NCBI GenBank assembly: GCA_965649825.1
Contig: OZ287700.1
Location: 682,001-746,000 of the forward strand
Direction of reading: 5' to 3'
Source: Penicillus capitatus
Lineage: Eukaryota; Plantae; Chlorophyta
DNA length: 64,000 bases
The notes below the pieces were generated by a model. That model saw only the letters and a list, made by a program, of their open reading frames with translations, was not told the origin of the DNA and searched no databases. Of this stretch, positions 46,201-58,831 are shown in pieces. The position numbers and the translations under genes are program-made. Each line of letters opens with the position of its first letter. Position 1 is the first letter of the stretch.

Positions 46201-47085
46201 CAGCTCTATCTCTCCTCCTGGAACTTTTCGAGCACCACAGCGATTGGATTCCGGAGCCGCCCACAAACTGTAATCAATTGGAGATCGTTGGAAGCGTATC
46301 CATGCGGTAAGCATGCAGATAGTCGATGATCCATAGCCGCTGTTTTGTGTAGAGGCGGTCCATTGCAAACAGGAGGCACTGTTGACAAGGACGTCGCCCA
46401 GAAGGCGCTCTCCGTTTTGCTGACGGTGCTCTTTCGTTCTGTCCTTTCTATTTTCCGTTTCCTGTTACCATCACGTGTCCTCGATCGAGCCGATGCCATA
46501 CAAGACCGCGGTCCTGCCTATCACCCGATCACGGATCTGGTACCTGTGCATCGTCGATACCTCATCACTGACGCCCCGTTGACAGGACGCTGCCAGGGCA
46601 CAAGGATCTTTCGCTGTCCTCTTTGGACAGTATCGCAAGCCTACATGGGTCGAGAACCTTGCCCGTTCTCAGTTTCTCAAAATTCCACGTCTGGTTCGTG
46701 TGGATCACACGGAACACGTTTCCGAATCGCAAGCCCAGTTGCCGGAAAAGGCCCTCGCTTTCTTGTCGCGTTTTGTTACTCTCTCCACAGCAGCATTGCA
46801 CTGGACGATACCCATTCTCTCTCCCATGAAACGTCTATTCCACACCGGTACGTACATACATCAGCGTCCATCGATGGATGTTGCATGACGTCTGTTTTAG
46901 AGTGCCCATTAATTTTGCATTATCACAGCGACTTCACACCTCTTAACAACTGCATTATCAGCTCGGGCGATCCTATGGCAGCGTTCTCTACATCAGATGC
47001 AGCTGCTTCTATTCGAATCAAGAAAGAAGCAACAGAAATGGCAAGGATCAAGACAGAGCTCAAGGAAGAAAATCCCGGAGTGTGA
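43266..47085 (+). CDS. Large uncharacterised helical (HEAT/ARM-like) protein; multi-exon
   Basis: Chain of Leu-rich helical ORF fragments linked by GT-AG introns, ending ..ELKEENPGV-stop; family not recognised. Confidence 0.6.
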
Positions 47086-47136
47086 TGACAGCTTTGTGCG
47101 ATTTTCAATCGAGCTCCTTCGCAGAACAATGAATTT

Positions 47137-48168
47137 TTATTTCTTGGATCTTACGTCTAACAAAGATGTCGCAACCATGACGGTATTGCCGTTGGTGGGA
47201 TTCGCCTTTGGCAAAGCCTCTTTCGCGGCACGTGCCTCTGCCATTTTCACGTTGGTGTACCACACCATTCCCAGCAACGACACGCAGACGCCAACGAATT
47301 TCTTGAACGGCATTTCGTCTCCGAACAGCACGCATCCTCCCGTCAGAATAATGCACGTCTTCAGATGTCCGACCACGTTGTAAGTCAAACTCGATGTCGC
47401 GCCGATCACCAGAAACGTCGATAGACTGACCACGAGTCCCAGAACGGCGCTGAGGAGAATCGCCAGACAGGCACTGAGGGTGTAATGGTATCCGAGAACG
47501 GTCTCTTCTGTACGATTGATCCAACCCATTGGCTCGCAGATCGGAATGATGAGACCGAGCAGTATTGACGCCACTGGAGTGTACTCGTGGAGCAGTTGCA
47601 TGCTTCCAGCCTGAAGCTCTTTCTGTTTCGACCCAGCAAAGACTTGATAACTCGCTGTAGACAAGACAGCGCTGAGACCGATCAGCAGACCGAGAACGCT
47701 GGCAGCCACTTGGGTGTCGGTCACTGTTGCCACGCCGATGCCGCAGCAGACAACCATGACAGACATGAGCACGCGTTTCGATGCCGTTTTCCGAAAGAGG
47801 ATGTATTCGATGATCAGCACCGCGGGGGCGACAGCGATCTTGGAGATCTGGTAGAAGCCGATGGTGTTGTAATTGAGATTGAGATTGCAGCAGACGATGT
47901 AGGCGACAAACGCCCCGGCGAGACTCACGAGCTTCGACGTCGGGATGACTTTGCGTTCGAACATGCCAAAACGGCAGAAGAGTCGCATACCGACAAGCGT
48001 AAAGACGGTGTGGACCCACGTCAACGCTGTGGTAAACTTGAAGCCGAATGTCTGAAAAACGAATTTGTTGGCGAAGACGATGCCAGAAGCGGAGACAATA
48101 TTCATCAGTCCATAGCCAGCAGGCTTCAGCACTTCATCTGTAAACTCACGACGCGTGCGCTTGGACAT
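47137..48168 (-). CDS. Nucleotide-sugar transporter of the TPT/DMT superfamily (UXT/SLC35E3-like); intronless
   Basis: GIVFANK, NLNLNYNTIGFYQISKI, KQKELQAGSMQLL and TSSLTYNVVGHLKT; about 9-10 TM helices. Confidence 0.9.
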   Translation of the reverse strand: MSKRTRREFTDEVLKPAGYGLMNIVSASGIVFANKFVFQTFGFKFTTALTWVHTVFTLVGMRLFCRFGMFERKVIPTSKLVSLAGAFVAYIVCCNLNLNYNTIGFYQISKIAVAPAVLIIEYILFRKTASKRVLMSVMVVCCGIGVATVTDTQVAASVLGLLIGLSAVLSTASYQVFAGSKQKELQAGSMQLLHEYTPVASILLGLIIPICEPMGWINRTEETVLGYHYTLSACLAILLSAVLGLVVSLSTFLVIGATSSLTYNVVGHLKTCIILTGGCVLFGDEMPFKKFVGVCVSLLGMVWYTNVKMAEARAAKEALPKANPTNGNTVMVATSLLDVRSKK

Positions 48169-48415
48169 GGTGTTTCTGTGGCGAATGGGACGCTAGAGAC
48201 GAAACGAAGCGAAAGCAAGACAGTAGATGTGTACGACAGAGACACGAAGACCGTTTGATGTTGTCTCACGCGGTGACAGCGATGGGGTGGCCAGCGTCGA
48301 AAGGCGCGAGACGACGACAACGGCGCAGCTCGACACGCGACAGCGAAGGTGAAAACGATGGACTGACGAAAGGTGATGAATCTGAGAGAGCACGATGGAG
48401 ATAGTGCCATTTCAG

Positions 48416-49853
48416 CATGGCGGTCGTGGCGGCGTGAAACGATATCGACAGTTCGTCGGTTGGGAGATGCGACATAGAGTGACCCAGGAGACCGTCGGTG
48501 TGATTGAGGAGGTGAGAAGAGTGAGTTGTTGATTTCTATAGAAGGTGATGTGACGTGCAGGTCGTGTACGTCGAGGAGGATGCGGCTTCGGAAATGGGAC
48601 TTGCGTATTTTCGCGTGCTCCAACGAGGGAAATCTCCGGCGCGGCATATTATTCCCATCGTGTCTGAAATGATTCCTTCGTTTCGGCCGAATCTGCATCA
48701 TGTTATGATCTCGCCCCCGGCGGGACTGTTGGAATTGGGACAGAATTGTACGCAGATGGATAAGCTACAGACAAAACTGCAGCGCTACGCAAAGCCAGAG
48801 GACAAAAGGCACCGATGGTGTCGAATCGTCATGCCACAGGCCTCGCTGCTCGCATCCAAAGGACGTACGGATTTGATCAAAGAGATCAACGATCTCGGCG
48901 GCTTTGCCGAAGTTGCCGCCATTCTTGGATGGAAATTCGACCGACGGCCGTGGGGTGCACAGAACCCATTCTCTCCGCAGTTTTCGGATACATGTACGCT
49001 GATCAGGGTATTGGGATGATCTGCCGACCCTCGACAGGGAGATCTCCGATTTCATTGCCGCATCGTGGACAGAAGCCCAAGGCCTGGACGGAAGCTACTA
49101 TTACAACACGGTTTGCCTCACACACCTGTCACATCAAACTCCAGCACATGACGCGTCTAGGCGATTCAGAAGGTTTGCTGGAAGGAGCCAGTGATGCCGA
49201 CGACGAGACATAGCTCTCTACAATCCACCGACGTCGACTGGGATGATATGTCACGGATCATGCCCACCCAAAAGAGCGTGACGAACAGTGAGTGTCTGCT
49301 GGCATATGTGTGCGACACAGAAGGCTGAGATGTAGGTCGGCGATGGGACATGCATCATGCCATTATCTATCATGGGGGGTACCGTTCGGTTGCGTTGGAG
49401 TTGAATCGAACGCAGTGTCGACGGGCTTCGAAGTCACTATGCGAGATGGCTGTGTCATTGGACATCATTCATCATTTCATCGAAAAGCATCGCATGTCCA
49501 GTCTTCCTTACCTGACGGTTCTCAAGAGCTATGAAGAACCGGCGGTTGTGGAAGCTGTGAAGAAGGTGGGAGGCATCCGTGCCGCATCCGTCTTTCTCGA
49601 CATGCCATGCCATTACCGCCCCCGACCCTTTGCCAAGAAACGCGGCCCATCGACTCAGAAATGGAACAGCATCGAAGAAGCTGCCAGTCACATCGCCGCC
49701 TTCCAGCAGACAGAAGGATGCCGCAATCGATTTCCCACTCAACGCGAACTCGCGGCGGCGCATCGCTACGATCTGAAATACGCGATCGAGAAATTCGGCC
49801 GGACACGGATCAAGGCACTACTCGAATCCCTCAGTTTGCATCAGTGTTTTTGA
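48416..49853 (+). CDS. Putative plastid protein with repeated helical MP..L...GR.DL..I...GG..VA modules (as in PTST2/3-type N-termini); multi-exon, start uncertain
   Basis: MPQASLLASKGRTDLIKEINDLGGFAEVAAILGW; LPYLTVL..AVKKVGGIRAAS; FPTQRELAAAHRYDLKYAIEKFG. Confidence 0.55.
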
Positions 49854-50887
49854 AACGTCCCAAGAAAACTACGACCTTTCTGCATTCTCTGTTGTTCTTC
49901 TCCAGCCTGTTTCATGCGTTCCCGGAAAGTCGATGGAATGTCCTTTCCGTCGTACGATTGCACCACACTCCGCACATCCGACAGCGGTTGTGTTGCCAAA
50001 AACTGTAAAAACGGTAACAGATCTAACAGCAATGTATCTCCGGTGTCGCTCTTCCACGGCGGAAGCTTAATCGTGTTCTCTGGCTGCAATGCCCATGCAT
50101 CTGGCTTGGCCGAAATCATCAAGACCTGCGACAAATCTCTGCCGAGTTTGGACAGATCCCTCACATGTTTGCCGCCGACGTAGTTCGTATCCGGCCTCGT
50201 CAATCGATGGATACTCCGTTCGGGATCCAAACGATCCATAATGGGATCCACATAGGAGCTCTGCTGATCGGAATACACCACCAATTCGAAATAGGGAACC
50301 AGTTCACGGAGAAACTCCTGAACAGCCGGTCGCTTCAGCACCTTCCATCCAGACAGTCGCGTCCATTCGGAGTACACAAGCACTTCGTCCAGATCCAGAA
50401 CAAGGGTCTTGATACTTGGATGCGGTAAATCGGGCAACAGACGATCCTGTCGTGGCACGGCAAAGCTCCGAATCTCTCCTTCGACATAGGCGCGTTTCTG
50501 TAGATAGTATTCCAGCATCTCACACCACGCTGCGTGGAAGAACCCTTCTTTCTTGCCCTCCTCATCGATCCACTGCCGAATAGCTCTCTGGTCATTGAAG
50601 TAGGTAAAGCAGCCAACAGCGCCGCCAACAGCGAGGCTTCCAAAGAAGAGGACATTGCCGAAGAGACGAAGAGCACGACGCAGTGGTTTGGAATGGGGCG
50701 CCGCCGCCGCCGCTGCAGCCTGTCCCTGAGAAGACATCTCTGGCGACGGAACTGGCATTCTGTCCAATCGAGTGAACGCATCGGACTTCTTGCCAAAGTG
50801 CTTCGGCGATTGACTCCCATCCGCAGCAACAGAAGACAGAAACGCCCTGGCCTCACGCCAATGCCGCAGCCAAACCGTCGATCTCAT
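49841..50887 (-). CDS. TIM50: Mitochondrial inner-membrane translocase subunit Tim50
   Basis: Presequence-like N-terminus, single TM helix, then FCP1-like domain TLVLDLDEVLVYSEW..GWKVLKRP..RDLSKLGRDL..QPEN. Confidence 0.93.
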   Translation of the reverse strand: MRSTVWLRHWREARAFLSSVAADGSQSPKHFGKKSDAFTRLDRMPVPSPEMSSQGQAAAAAAAPHSKPLRRALRLFGNVLFFGSLAVGGAVGCFTYFNDQRAIRQWIDEEGKKEGFFHAAWCEMLEYYLQKRAYVEGEIRSFAVPRQDRLLPDLPHPSIKTLVLDLDEVLVYSEWTRLSGWKVLKRPAVQEFLRELVPYFELVVYSDQQSSYVDPIMDRLDPERSIHRLTRPDTNYVGGKHVRDLSKLGRDLSQVLMISAKPDAWALQPENTIKLPPWKSDTGDTLLLDLLPFLQFLATQPLSDVRSVVQSYDGKDIPSTFRERMKQAGEEQQRMQKGRSFLGTFQKH

Positions 50888-51290
50888 CTCTTCCGAGACG
50901 TGCCGCTTCGGTCCTCACGTTGAAACACAAAATACCCCAACAGCGTGATAAACACTCCCGTTCCCGCAACCGACAGCGCCACCAGTCCACTCGTCGGCTT
51001 CTGCAGGGATACACCACGCCATTGGATCGTCTCTTCGGTACAGGGAAACGTACAACGTAGCGTTCGAAGGTGAAGAAGCTAAAGGGCGAGATATAAGGCG
51101 CGTTGCTTGGCGTCTACAGACACAGAGGAGTCGACAGGCGCGTCGGCGGTGAGAGTGGTGCCTTCGGCGTCGTTTTGTTGTTAGTCATCAAGACAGTGCC
51201 ATCTCGCGAAATGACGTCAGAATAGTATGAACTCCCTGACCGCATCATCACCAGACGAACGCACGGAAGTAAGACGCAAGCTCGGATAAG

Positions 51291-52112
51291 ATGGTGGAGC
51301 TGGAACAACCCAGATTTATCTGTCGAGTGACGACGCGCGTCATAACCTCTGTGCGTCTCGCCGTTTCACTTTGCGCGAGGGAACGCGGAGATGCAGCAGA
51401 GAGAGGTGTGGTGTGTAGTTGGCGGAGGCGGAAAGGCTGAAGGAAGCAGGGAATGCCTGTTTTAGACAAGCGACGTATGAAAGTGCCGCTGTACGTTTGG
51501 AAAGAGGCAGAGAGTCCGTGGTGGCGGTGGTCAAACGAATGCTGTTGTTGTGTTTAGGATTTGTATCAGCAGGCGTTATCTGTAGCCCCGTCCAATTCTG
51601 CCAATCGTGCCATCTATTATGGTAACAAGGCGGCATGTCATATGCATCTCTCTCAGTATGAAACAGCCATTGAAGCATGCACTCGGGCGCTAAGTATAAA
51701 TGCCAAGTATATCAAAGTGTTGTTGCGGCGAAGCTCTGCATATGAACATCTCAAAAACTACAACCAAGCTTTAGAAGACGCCAAAAAAGTGCCAATCCGT
51801 GTGAAGGTGCATGGCATGACCGTCTTGGCCGTTTTGTTAGGTTTTGGAAATAGAACCCGGGCACGAGATGGGGATGAAAGCTGTGAAGCGACTCAAGAAG
51901 AAGGAGATGGAGGAAAACGCAGCAGTCAAGGACGAAATGTTGGGTAACGATGCCGCAGATGGGGCTGACGAATATGGACGGCTGCTGTCTGTACAGGCAA
52001 GCTAAAGGATCTCGGCAATACGGTTCTCGGCAAGTTCGGCGTGTCGTTGGACGATTTCAAGGCCGAGCAGGATCCAGAAACGGGGAGCTACAGTCTGAGT
52101 TTCAATAAGTGA
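51291..52112 (+). CDS. TTC1: Tetratricopeptide repeat protein 1-like; multi-exon
   Basis: AERLKEAGNACF, AIYYGNKAACH, YIKVLLRRSSAYE and terminal KLKDLGNTVLGKFGVSLDDFKAEQDPETGSYSLSF. Confidence 0.9.
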
Positions 52113-52812
52113 CAGAGACGGTTGATGACGGCGCCAGATGTGCTGCTCCTTATCTGCTGCTGCTGCATGACATACAGGAGCAAGAAATCATTCTTCGCAT
52201 CCTTTTTTTACCTTTACCCAATGCATGAGGTCATTGTTTAAAGTAACGACGAATTTTGTGTGGGGCATCTGACAGTGACGGGTACGGCGATTGAACACCT
52301 CCGGGAAAGACCGGCGGCAAACGCAATCGATGTATCTCTCTGTGGATTCTGTGCACGTGAAGGATATGTTTGTTTTGTGCTACTCAACGCATTCACTCCA
52401 TAACAAAACGGATGATCTGTGGCTATCTTTGAAAGGGGCCACGCAGAAGTGGGATATTTGAGCAAATGAGTGTCACCCTGGAAAGCCGTTGGGGTTCAGG
52501 CCCTTTTCGATGTGTTGTTGTTTGGGAAGCTGTCCCGTGGGACTTTGTTAGGATGGACTGCGCTCGCGATGCAGATGTGTGTGATCTCTGTACGACTCGT
52601 GCAGTTATCTGGACAAAGTCCCTCTAAGCCGACAGCAAAGCATAAGATACGATGAATGGCTGATCCAATCGCAGAGGCTCGACGATCGACGGCAGGCCAT
52701 CTGCTGGATGCCCACTCCTTTCCGCGATGCGACGTGATGTGACAGGTGTCGCTCATGAACCCTGCTCGTGACGCACCTGACCTGGCACATTCGGTCGATT
52801 CCTAAGTTCGGC

Positions 52813-54180
52813 ATGCAGGTGACGGCGCCCGGTACACAACTGACCCATCAGATTCCATTGCGTCTGCCCAATGTGGCGTATCGCGCATCTGTCTTATCCT
52901 TTGCGTCCGTCCGAAGAAAGCACCTGCCATTACAACGACGCACCACAGCTTCTCCACGACGTCCCATCACTTGTCGCTTCCCAGAGGAGGCAAACGTGCA
53001 CAGACCTTAGCAGGAGACAGAGGTGCATGATTGGATGTAGGGGACGCTCATTTCTTATGCCTCTGCGGCAGAGGCAGCAAAGGAACCCGAATCACCGTCG
53101 ACTACCACATTGCCTTTTTTCAAAATGGCCATCTATGTCGTTTTCTGGTGATCATCTCCTGTGCCTCATTGCCCCGTCACATCATCCCTTTGCCGTGTAG
53201 GTATGGATTCAACATTGTGTTCAACATCTATAACAAACAGGCACTCAACGCTTTTCAGTGTCCTTGGTTTGTGTCATCGCTGCAGCTGGCAGCGAGTGTC
53301 TTGTTTATGGGATTCTTGTGGTTAACGGGATTGCAAGCTCGGCCAAAAGTCAGTCCAGCGCTTTTCAAAGCTCTCGCTCCGGTGGCACTGTTTCATACCA
53401 TTGGTCATGTATCCGCCTGTGTGAGCTTCTCCAAAATGGCCGTCAGCTTTGCCCATATCGTCAAAGCAGCCGAACCCATTTTCTCTGTCGCTCTCTCGGG
53501 GCCGATTCTGGGAGAGACCTACCCAGTTGCGGTGTGGCTGTCTTTGGTGCCCATCGCATTCGGCTGTTCCTTGGCAGCCATGAAGGAACTGAGTTTTTCA
53601 TGGGGTGGATTCAACAGTGCCATGATCTCCAACATGGGTATGGTCTTTCGAGGCATCTACTCCAAGAAAACCCTCAACGACTACAAAGTCCTTCTCACAC
53701 TTCTCCTCTCTTCTGTCACTCTTTTCCGTAGGAGATGGACGGAATCAATCTCTTTGGTCTCATCTCTCTCGTGTCCCTCATCTACTGCTTGCCTCTGTCG
53801 ATCATCGTGGAAGGGGCGCAATGGGGACCGGGCTACGCAGCTGCCGTAGAGGCAGTAGGATCTGCCAAGATTCTCACTTATCTCGCCATCAGTGGACTTT
53901 TCTATCATCTTTACAATCAGGTCTGTCATGCACAGCTTCTTCGTCGATGTCGATATGACGGTTACAGGCTTCGTATATGGTTCTGGGACTTGGTATTGCT
54001 CCCGTGACGTTCAGCGTTGGGAATACCATGAAACGTGTGGCTGTGGTCATCTCAAGCATTCTTTTCTTCCGAAATCCTGTCTCGGCACTCAATGCCATCG
54101 GTTCCTCCATTGCGGTTCTGGGCACACTGCTCTATTCATTGGCCAAGGGCAAAGCGGCAGAAAACAAGAAAAAAGAATGA
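52813..54180 (+). CDS. XPT: Plastid phosphate translocator, XPT/GPT-like; multi-exon
   Basis: Transit-like N-terminus, WYGFNIVFNIYNK, FHTIGHVSACVSFSKMAVSFAHIVKAAEP and GNTMKRVAVVISSILFFRNPV. Confidence 0.85.
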
Positions 54181-54228
54181 TGCATAGGTCTTGTAAACGA
54201 AGCACACACACATACGACGACTCTGCCA

Positions 54229-55727
54229 TCAGTCTTCTCGACGTCGTCTCCCTTTTCGCTCACGCACGTCGCGATCTCGGTGTTTCTCTTCTCTGCCAGA
54301 TTTGGCAGGTCGATGGCGTTCTCGATCCTCACGGTCTCTTCGTTTCAGAGCACCGCGTTCCAGTTTCTTCTCGTCCAACATCAGCTTGTAATCTCCCTGA
54401 TTCCGTGAATGAGCAGATCGCGTCTGTAAGTGACTCTGAGGATCTGGATGATCGGCTGTCTCGGACAACGGCTGTCCCAGTTTGCCAAATCGCCGATACT
54501 GTTTCCAGAGATGGTAGACACTCTGTGAAAAATCCACCTTAATGCGCCGATCATCAATCAGTACATTATTCATTTTGAAGTAGGCATCCTCCGACGCCTC
54601 ATCCGTTTCGTAACCGATGAAGGCATAACAGAGAGAGTCTCCCGTTTTCCAATCTCGAATGATGTCACACGACGTGATCGTGCCAAACCTTGAGAAAATA
54701 ATTTCGAGATCCTGCAGAGTCGATTGAGATGTCGGTTGAATCGATGGGGCAGGCAGGACCTCCTCTGTTGTGACAGGATTCAATTTGCAAACGAAGAGCA
54801 TGTTGGATGGAGGCTTGACCTCTGCCTCCGGAAGATCGCCGATCATTTCCAGCACCACTGCACGGTTGTGAGCCTCTCGCTGGCGCACCGCCTGTTCAAT
54901 CTCTTCTGCTGGGCGCGATTCTTCCTCCGGCACCCAGTCGTCCTCCAACCGATCCCCCTGTCACATCACGTCACATCATTCTGAGTCCACAACACACTAT
55001 CGTTTACTTCGACGAGGACGGGCTCCGGGGAACCTTCTGGAATGAGATCCTTCAAGAGGGGAGGGTCATCAAAAGGATCATCTAGGACGTATGTGTGCCG
55101 TATCCTGTGGCAAGGCGATCGGTATGTGCTGTGATAGAGGTGTCACATCATGCCTGATGTTTTGATATGGCTTTCCGTCTCCGTCGCAGTAGGTTTCATC
55201 GATACGCATCACGACATCCATTCCTTCAGCCACTTCACCAAAGACCGTGCGTCGATCGTCCAACGAATCCAGATCTTCGCCCGTGGTGATGTAGAATTGA
55301 CTGCCGTTTGAATTCTCGGCCGTTCCCGCCATACCCAAGACCCCTCGTTTCTTATGCTTGAGATGCGGATGCAGTTCGTCTTCAAAAAACCGAGCCTGCT
55401 CGCCATACATCAACCTGCGACGAACCCATCACGCACTGCTGCACATTCTTATGCCATCTCTTCGCACCCACCCGTAAATCGACATCCCTCCTGATCCAGT
55501 GCCTTCCGGATCACCGCTCTGGATGATGAAGTTTGTCTGGACGTTGTGAAAGAGACAGTTGTTGTAGTACTTTATCCTACACGACCCCGTCGTCTGCATG
55601 TACAGCAAACAGCTAAGGGATGCCCGCACTTGCAGAGTTTCAGAAAATTTAGTGCCGCTTTGGGACATTCTTTCACGTAGAGGTCCAGGACGATGTCGCC
55701 ACGACTCGTTTCGAGCAGCACGGACAT
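54229..55727 (-). CDS. CYP59: Cyclophilin-RRM protein (CYP59/PPIL4); multi-exon
   Basis: [74 protein letters not shown] and [17 protein letters not shown]; RD/RE-rich tail. Confidence 0.95.
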
Positions 55728-55998
55728 GGCGATGGGGACAGAAAGTGATGTGACGTTTGGAAGATGTTTGTTAGCAATGTCGGACTCCGTCGCCGCGCTA
55801 AAACGCTGTCCGATCTCGTCGCCTCGACGAAATCGTCCTTCTGCAGCGCAGCGCCTTGTCACATCATCCACTGCATGGCAGACAGGATGCAGAAGGCGGC
55901 CGAATGTACAGCAGCAGCACCAGAGGCGTCCTCTGCGTTCGGTTTGGCGACGAGGCGCCGTGCAAAGGAGGTTCTGCGCAGCCATCCGAACGGGACGC

Positions 55999-58812
55999 AT
56001 GACGGAAGGCAGAAAGGCACGTCATCTCATCTTGGTGACGTCTATCATCTCAGCATCTTTCTTTGCCTGTCTGTGCTTTCCGTGGCCGTCTCGCGGTGAC
56101 GCCTCTTCAAAAGACGAGCGAGAGCGCATTGGGAGAAACGGATTTCTGCACGATCTGTTGGGTCTCTTGCGACAGTCGCCATCGATCTACGATGCCGAAG
56201 CCTTTGCACGACATCTGCGAATGAACTGGCGGACGCCTTCGGAAAAGTGGAGGCCGTGGTGGAAGAGCAGATCCTCCAAACAGAACTGCGATGGCGATAC
56301 ATCCGATGTGCAGATCCAGGCCGCATATGAATTGCTGCAACGTCGATTTCCCGCCCTGCAACATGCCGTACGATTTTCGAGAGCTGTCGATTGCGTCTCT
56401 GGACACTGCTTCACCGTATCCTCCCCATCCATTCCCTCTTCTGTCAGATCTGGCCTATCTAGGTGTCCATCGAGGACAAGGCACTGTGTATTCGAGGCAG
56501 CAGTGGTGTGGAATTGGCCAGCGGACTGCACTGGTTTATCAAACGCGAATGCAAAGGAATGTCAACCTGGCACAGGACAGGAGGCACGCAATGGAGTAAG
56601 ACATGCACTTTGGTACCAACAGACGGTTAACAGGGTATCCAGTGGAGGGCTGTCTATCACACGACCATATCCATGCTCTCAAGGATTCTTTAACGATGCA
56701 TCAGGAACGGAGTGTCCCTCTGAGCTTCTACCAGAATGTCGTGACATCCAGCTACACCATGGCGTTCTGGGACTGGCCAAGATGGGAAGCGGAGATTGAT
56801 TGGATGGCATTGCATGGGGTCAATCTGCCGCTGGCTCTGTCGGGACAGGAGTTCATTTGGGTTCGTGTGTACGAAGAGATGGGCATAGGGTTTTCGGAAC
56901 TGGAAGATTTCTTTGCTGGACCTGCATTCCTTGCATGGAATCGAATGGGCAATCTCCAAGGATACGCGGGTCCACTGCCCTTGTCCTATATCGAGACGCA
57001 AGCAGGTCCATCCACGCACCTGTCCCCTGCACTCCACATTTGCACATGTAGAGCTGCAGAAACGAATTGTCCACAGAATGCGTTCCTTTGGAATGACGCC
57101 TGTCTTGAGTGGTTTTGCTGGTTTTGTTCCCAAAGCACTGATACAGCGCTTTCCTGATGTCAAAGCCAAGAAGTCTTCAAACTGGTGCGAATTTCCCGAG
57201 AGACACTGTTGTGTGTGGCTCTTGGATGCCAACGATCCGCTCTTTCATCAGATCGGTGCTTCCTTCATTGAGAAACAACGATCCGTCTACGGATCCGATC
57301 CCGTTGGCTTCTACGCTGTCGATGTGTTCAACGAGATGGCACCCTCCCAATCCGACCCTGCCTACTTGAAGAGCACTTCGGAAGCTGTCTTCTCGGCAAT
57401 GCGAGCTTCGGATTCTTCTGCTGTATGGATCATGCAAGCGTGGCTATTCTACAGCAATCGAGGGTTCTGGAAGCCACCTCAGATCGATGCTGTGCTATCT
57501 GGTGTGCCTATGGGAGGCTTGCTGCTGCTGGATTTGTATGCAGAGCGCTATCCACAGTGGAAACGCACGGAAGCGTTCTTTGGTCGTCCCTTCATCTGGT
57601 GTCATCTACACAATTTTGGAGGCAATACAGAGATGCACGGTGCCATGCCAGAAGTTGCAAGAGGCGTGCGTGATGCACTGGCGGCGCAGACGAATGTTGT
57701 CGGCCTAGGTATGTGTCCAGAAAGCCTCGAGCAGAATCCCATGGTCTACGAATTCACCAGCGAAATTCCGTTCCTTCCGTCGGAACCGGATATCGTTTCA
57801 TGGTTTCAATCCTATGCTCTCCAAAGATACGGCGGCAGAGAGTGTTCTTCTGCTGTGGCGGCGTGGAAGATGTTGAGCGAGAGCGTATACGAAAACACAG
57901 CCCATCGACACGAAACGGTGATGGATATTACCACTTCTCGACCTGGACTGACACCTTCAGAAGCTTTCTGGGGACTCAAGCCTCAAATCTGGTACAATCC
58001 AAACAAGGTCTCAGCCCTGTCACATCACACGATTCAGCAGAGAATTCGCTCCTAGGTGATCAAAGCGTGGGAAGAGATGGTACAATGCAGAAAGGTCTTT
58101 GCTGGAATCTCATCTGCCGAGTATGATCTGGTGGACATCGGTCGACAGGTGCTGAGCAAACTGGCCACAAAGTTCTGGAAAAATATCGAAGCAGCTTATC
58201 GACAGAATGATATCAAGTCTCTACACGTACGCATCACGATCGACGTCGGAAGCGTGATCGATCTTTTGTGTGACGTCAGTCGAGCGGAGAGCGTCTGTTG
58301 GAGTTGCTGCAGGACATCGATGACCTCGTGTCCTCTCATGTTGGATTCTTGCTGGCGCCAGTTTTGCACGAAGCACGACGTATGGGATCCACAGAGAAAG
58401 AGAAACGCATGATGGAACGCAATCTCAAACTCCAGCTGACGATCTGGGGCGACTCGCCAAGGGGCGACACCGAATTGAGTGACTATGCTAATAGGCAATG
58501 GTCTGGTCTCATCCAGTCCTTCTACAGAGAACGGTCACCCCGACTGCCGCATTGCGTATGAGACAACTGAGTGTCTGCGTGGCGTGCAGGTGGAGACTGT
58601 GGCTGGTGCGTTGTATGGACGACCTTAAGAAACGAAGAGCATACGATGCGCCGTCCTTTGTCAGAGATGCGATCGAGTTTACGCATGAGTGGATCGCTGC
58701 CGACAATCTCCACACCTTTTCTTCGGAACCGAGAGGGAATCCATGGGTCCTGTCGGAGAAGCTATTGAGAAAATACAAGGAGGAAGCGTGGGTGTTAGAA
58801 ATGAACATTTAA
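55999..58812 (+). CDS. NAGLU: Alpha-N-acetylglucosaminidase (GH89); multi-exon, N-terminal TM or signal segment
   Basis: [86 protein letters not shown] and [12 protein letters not shown]. Confidence 0.96.
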
Positions 58813-58831
58813 TGTAGAGGTTTTGTGCACA

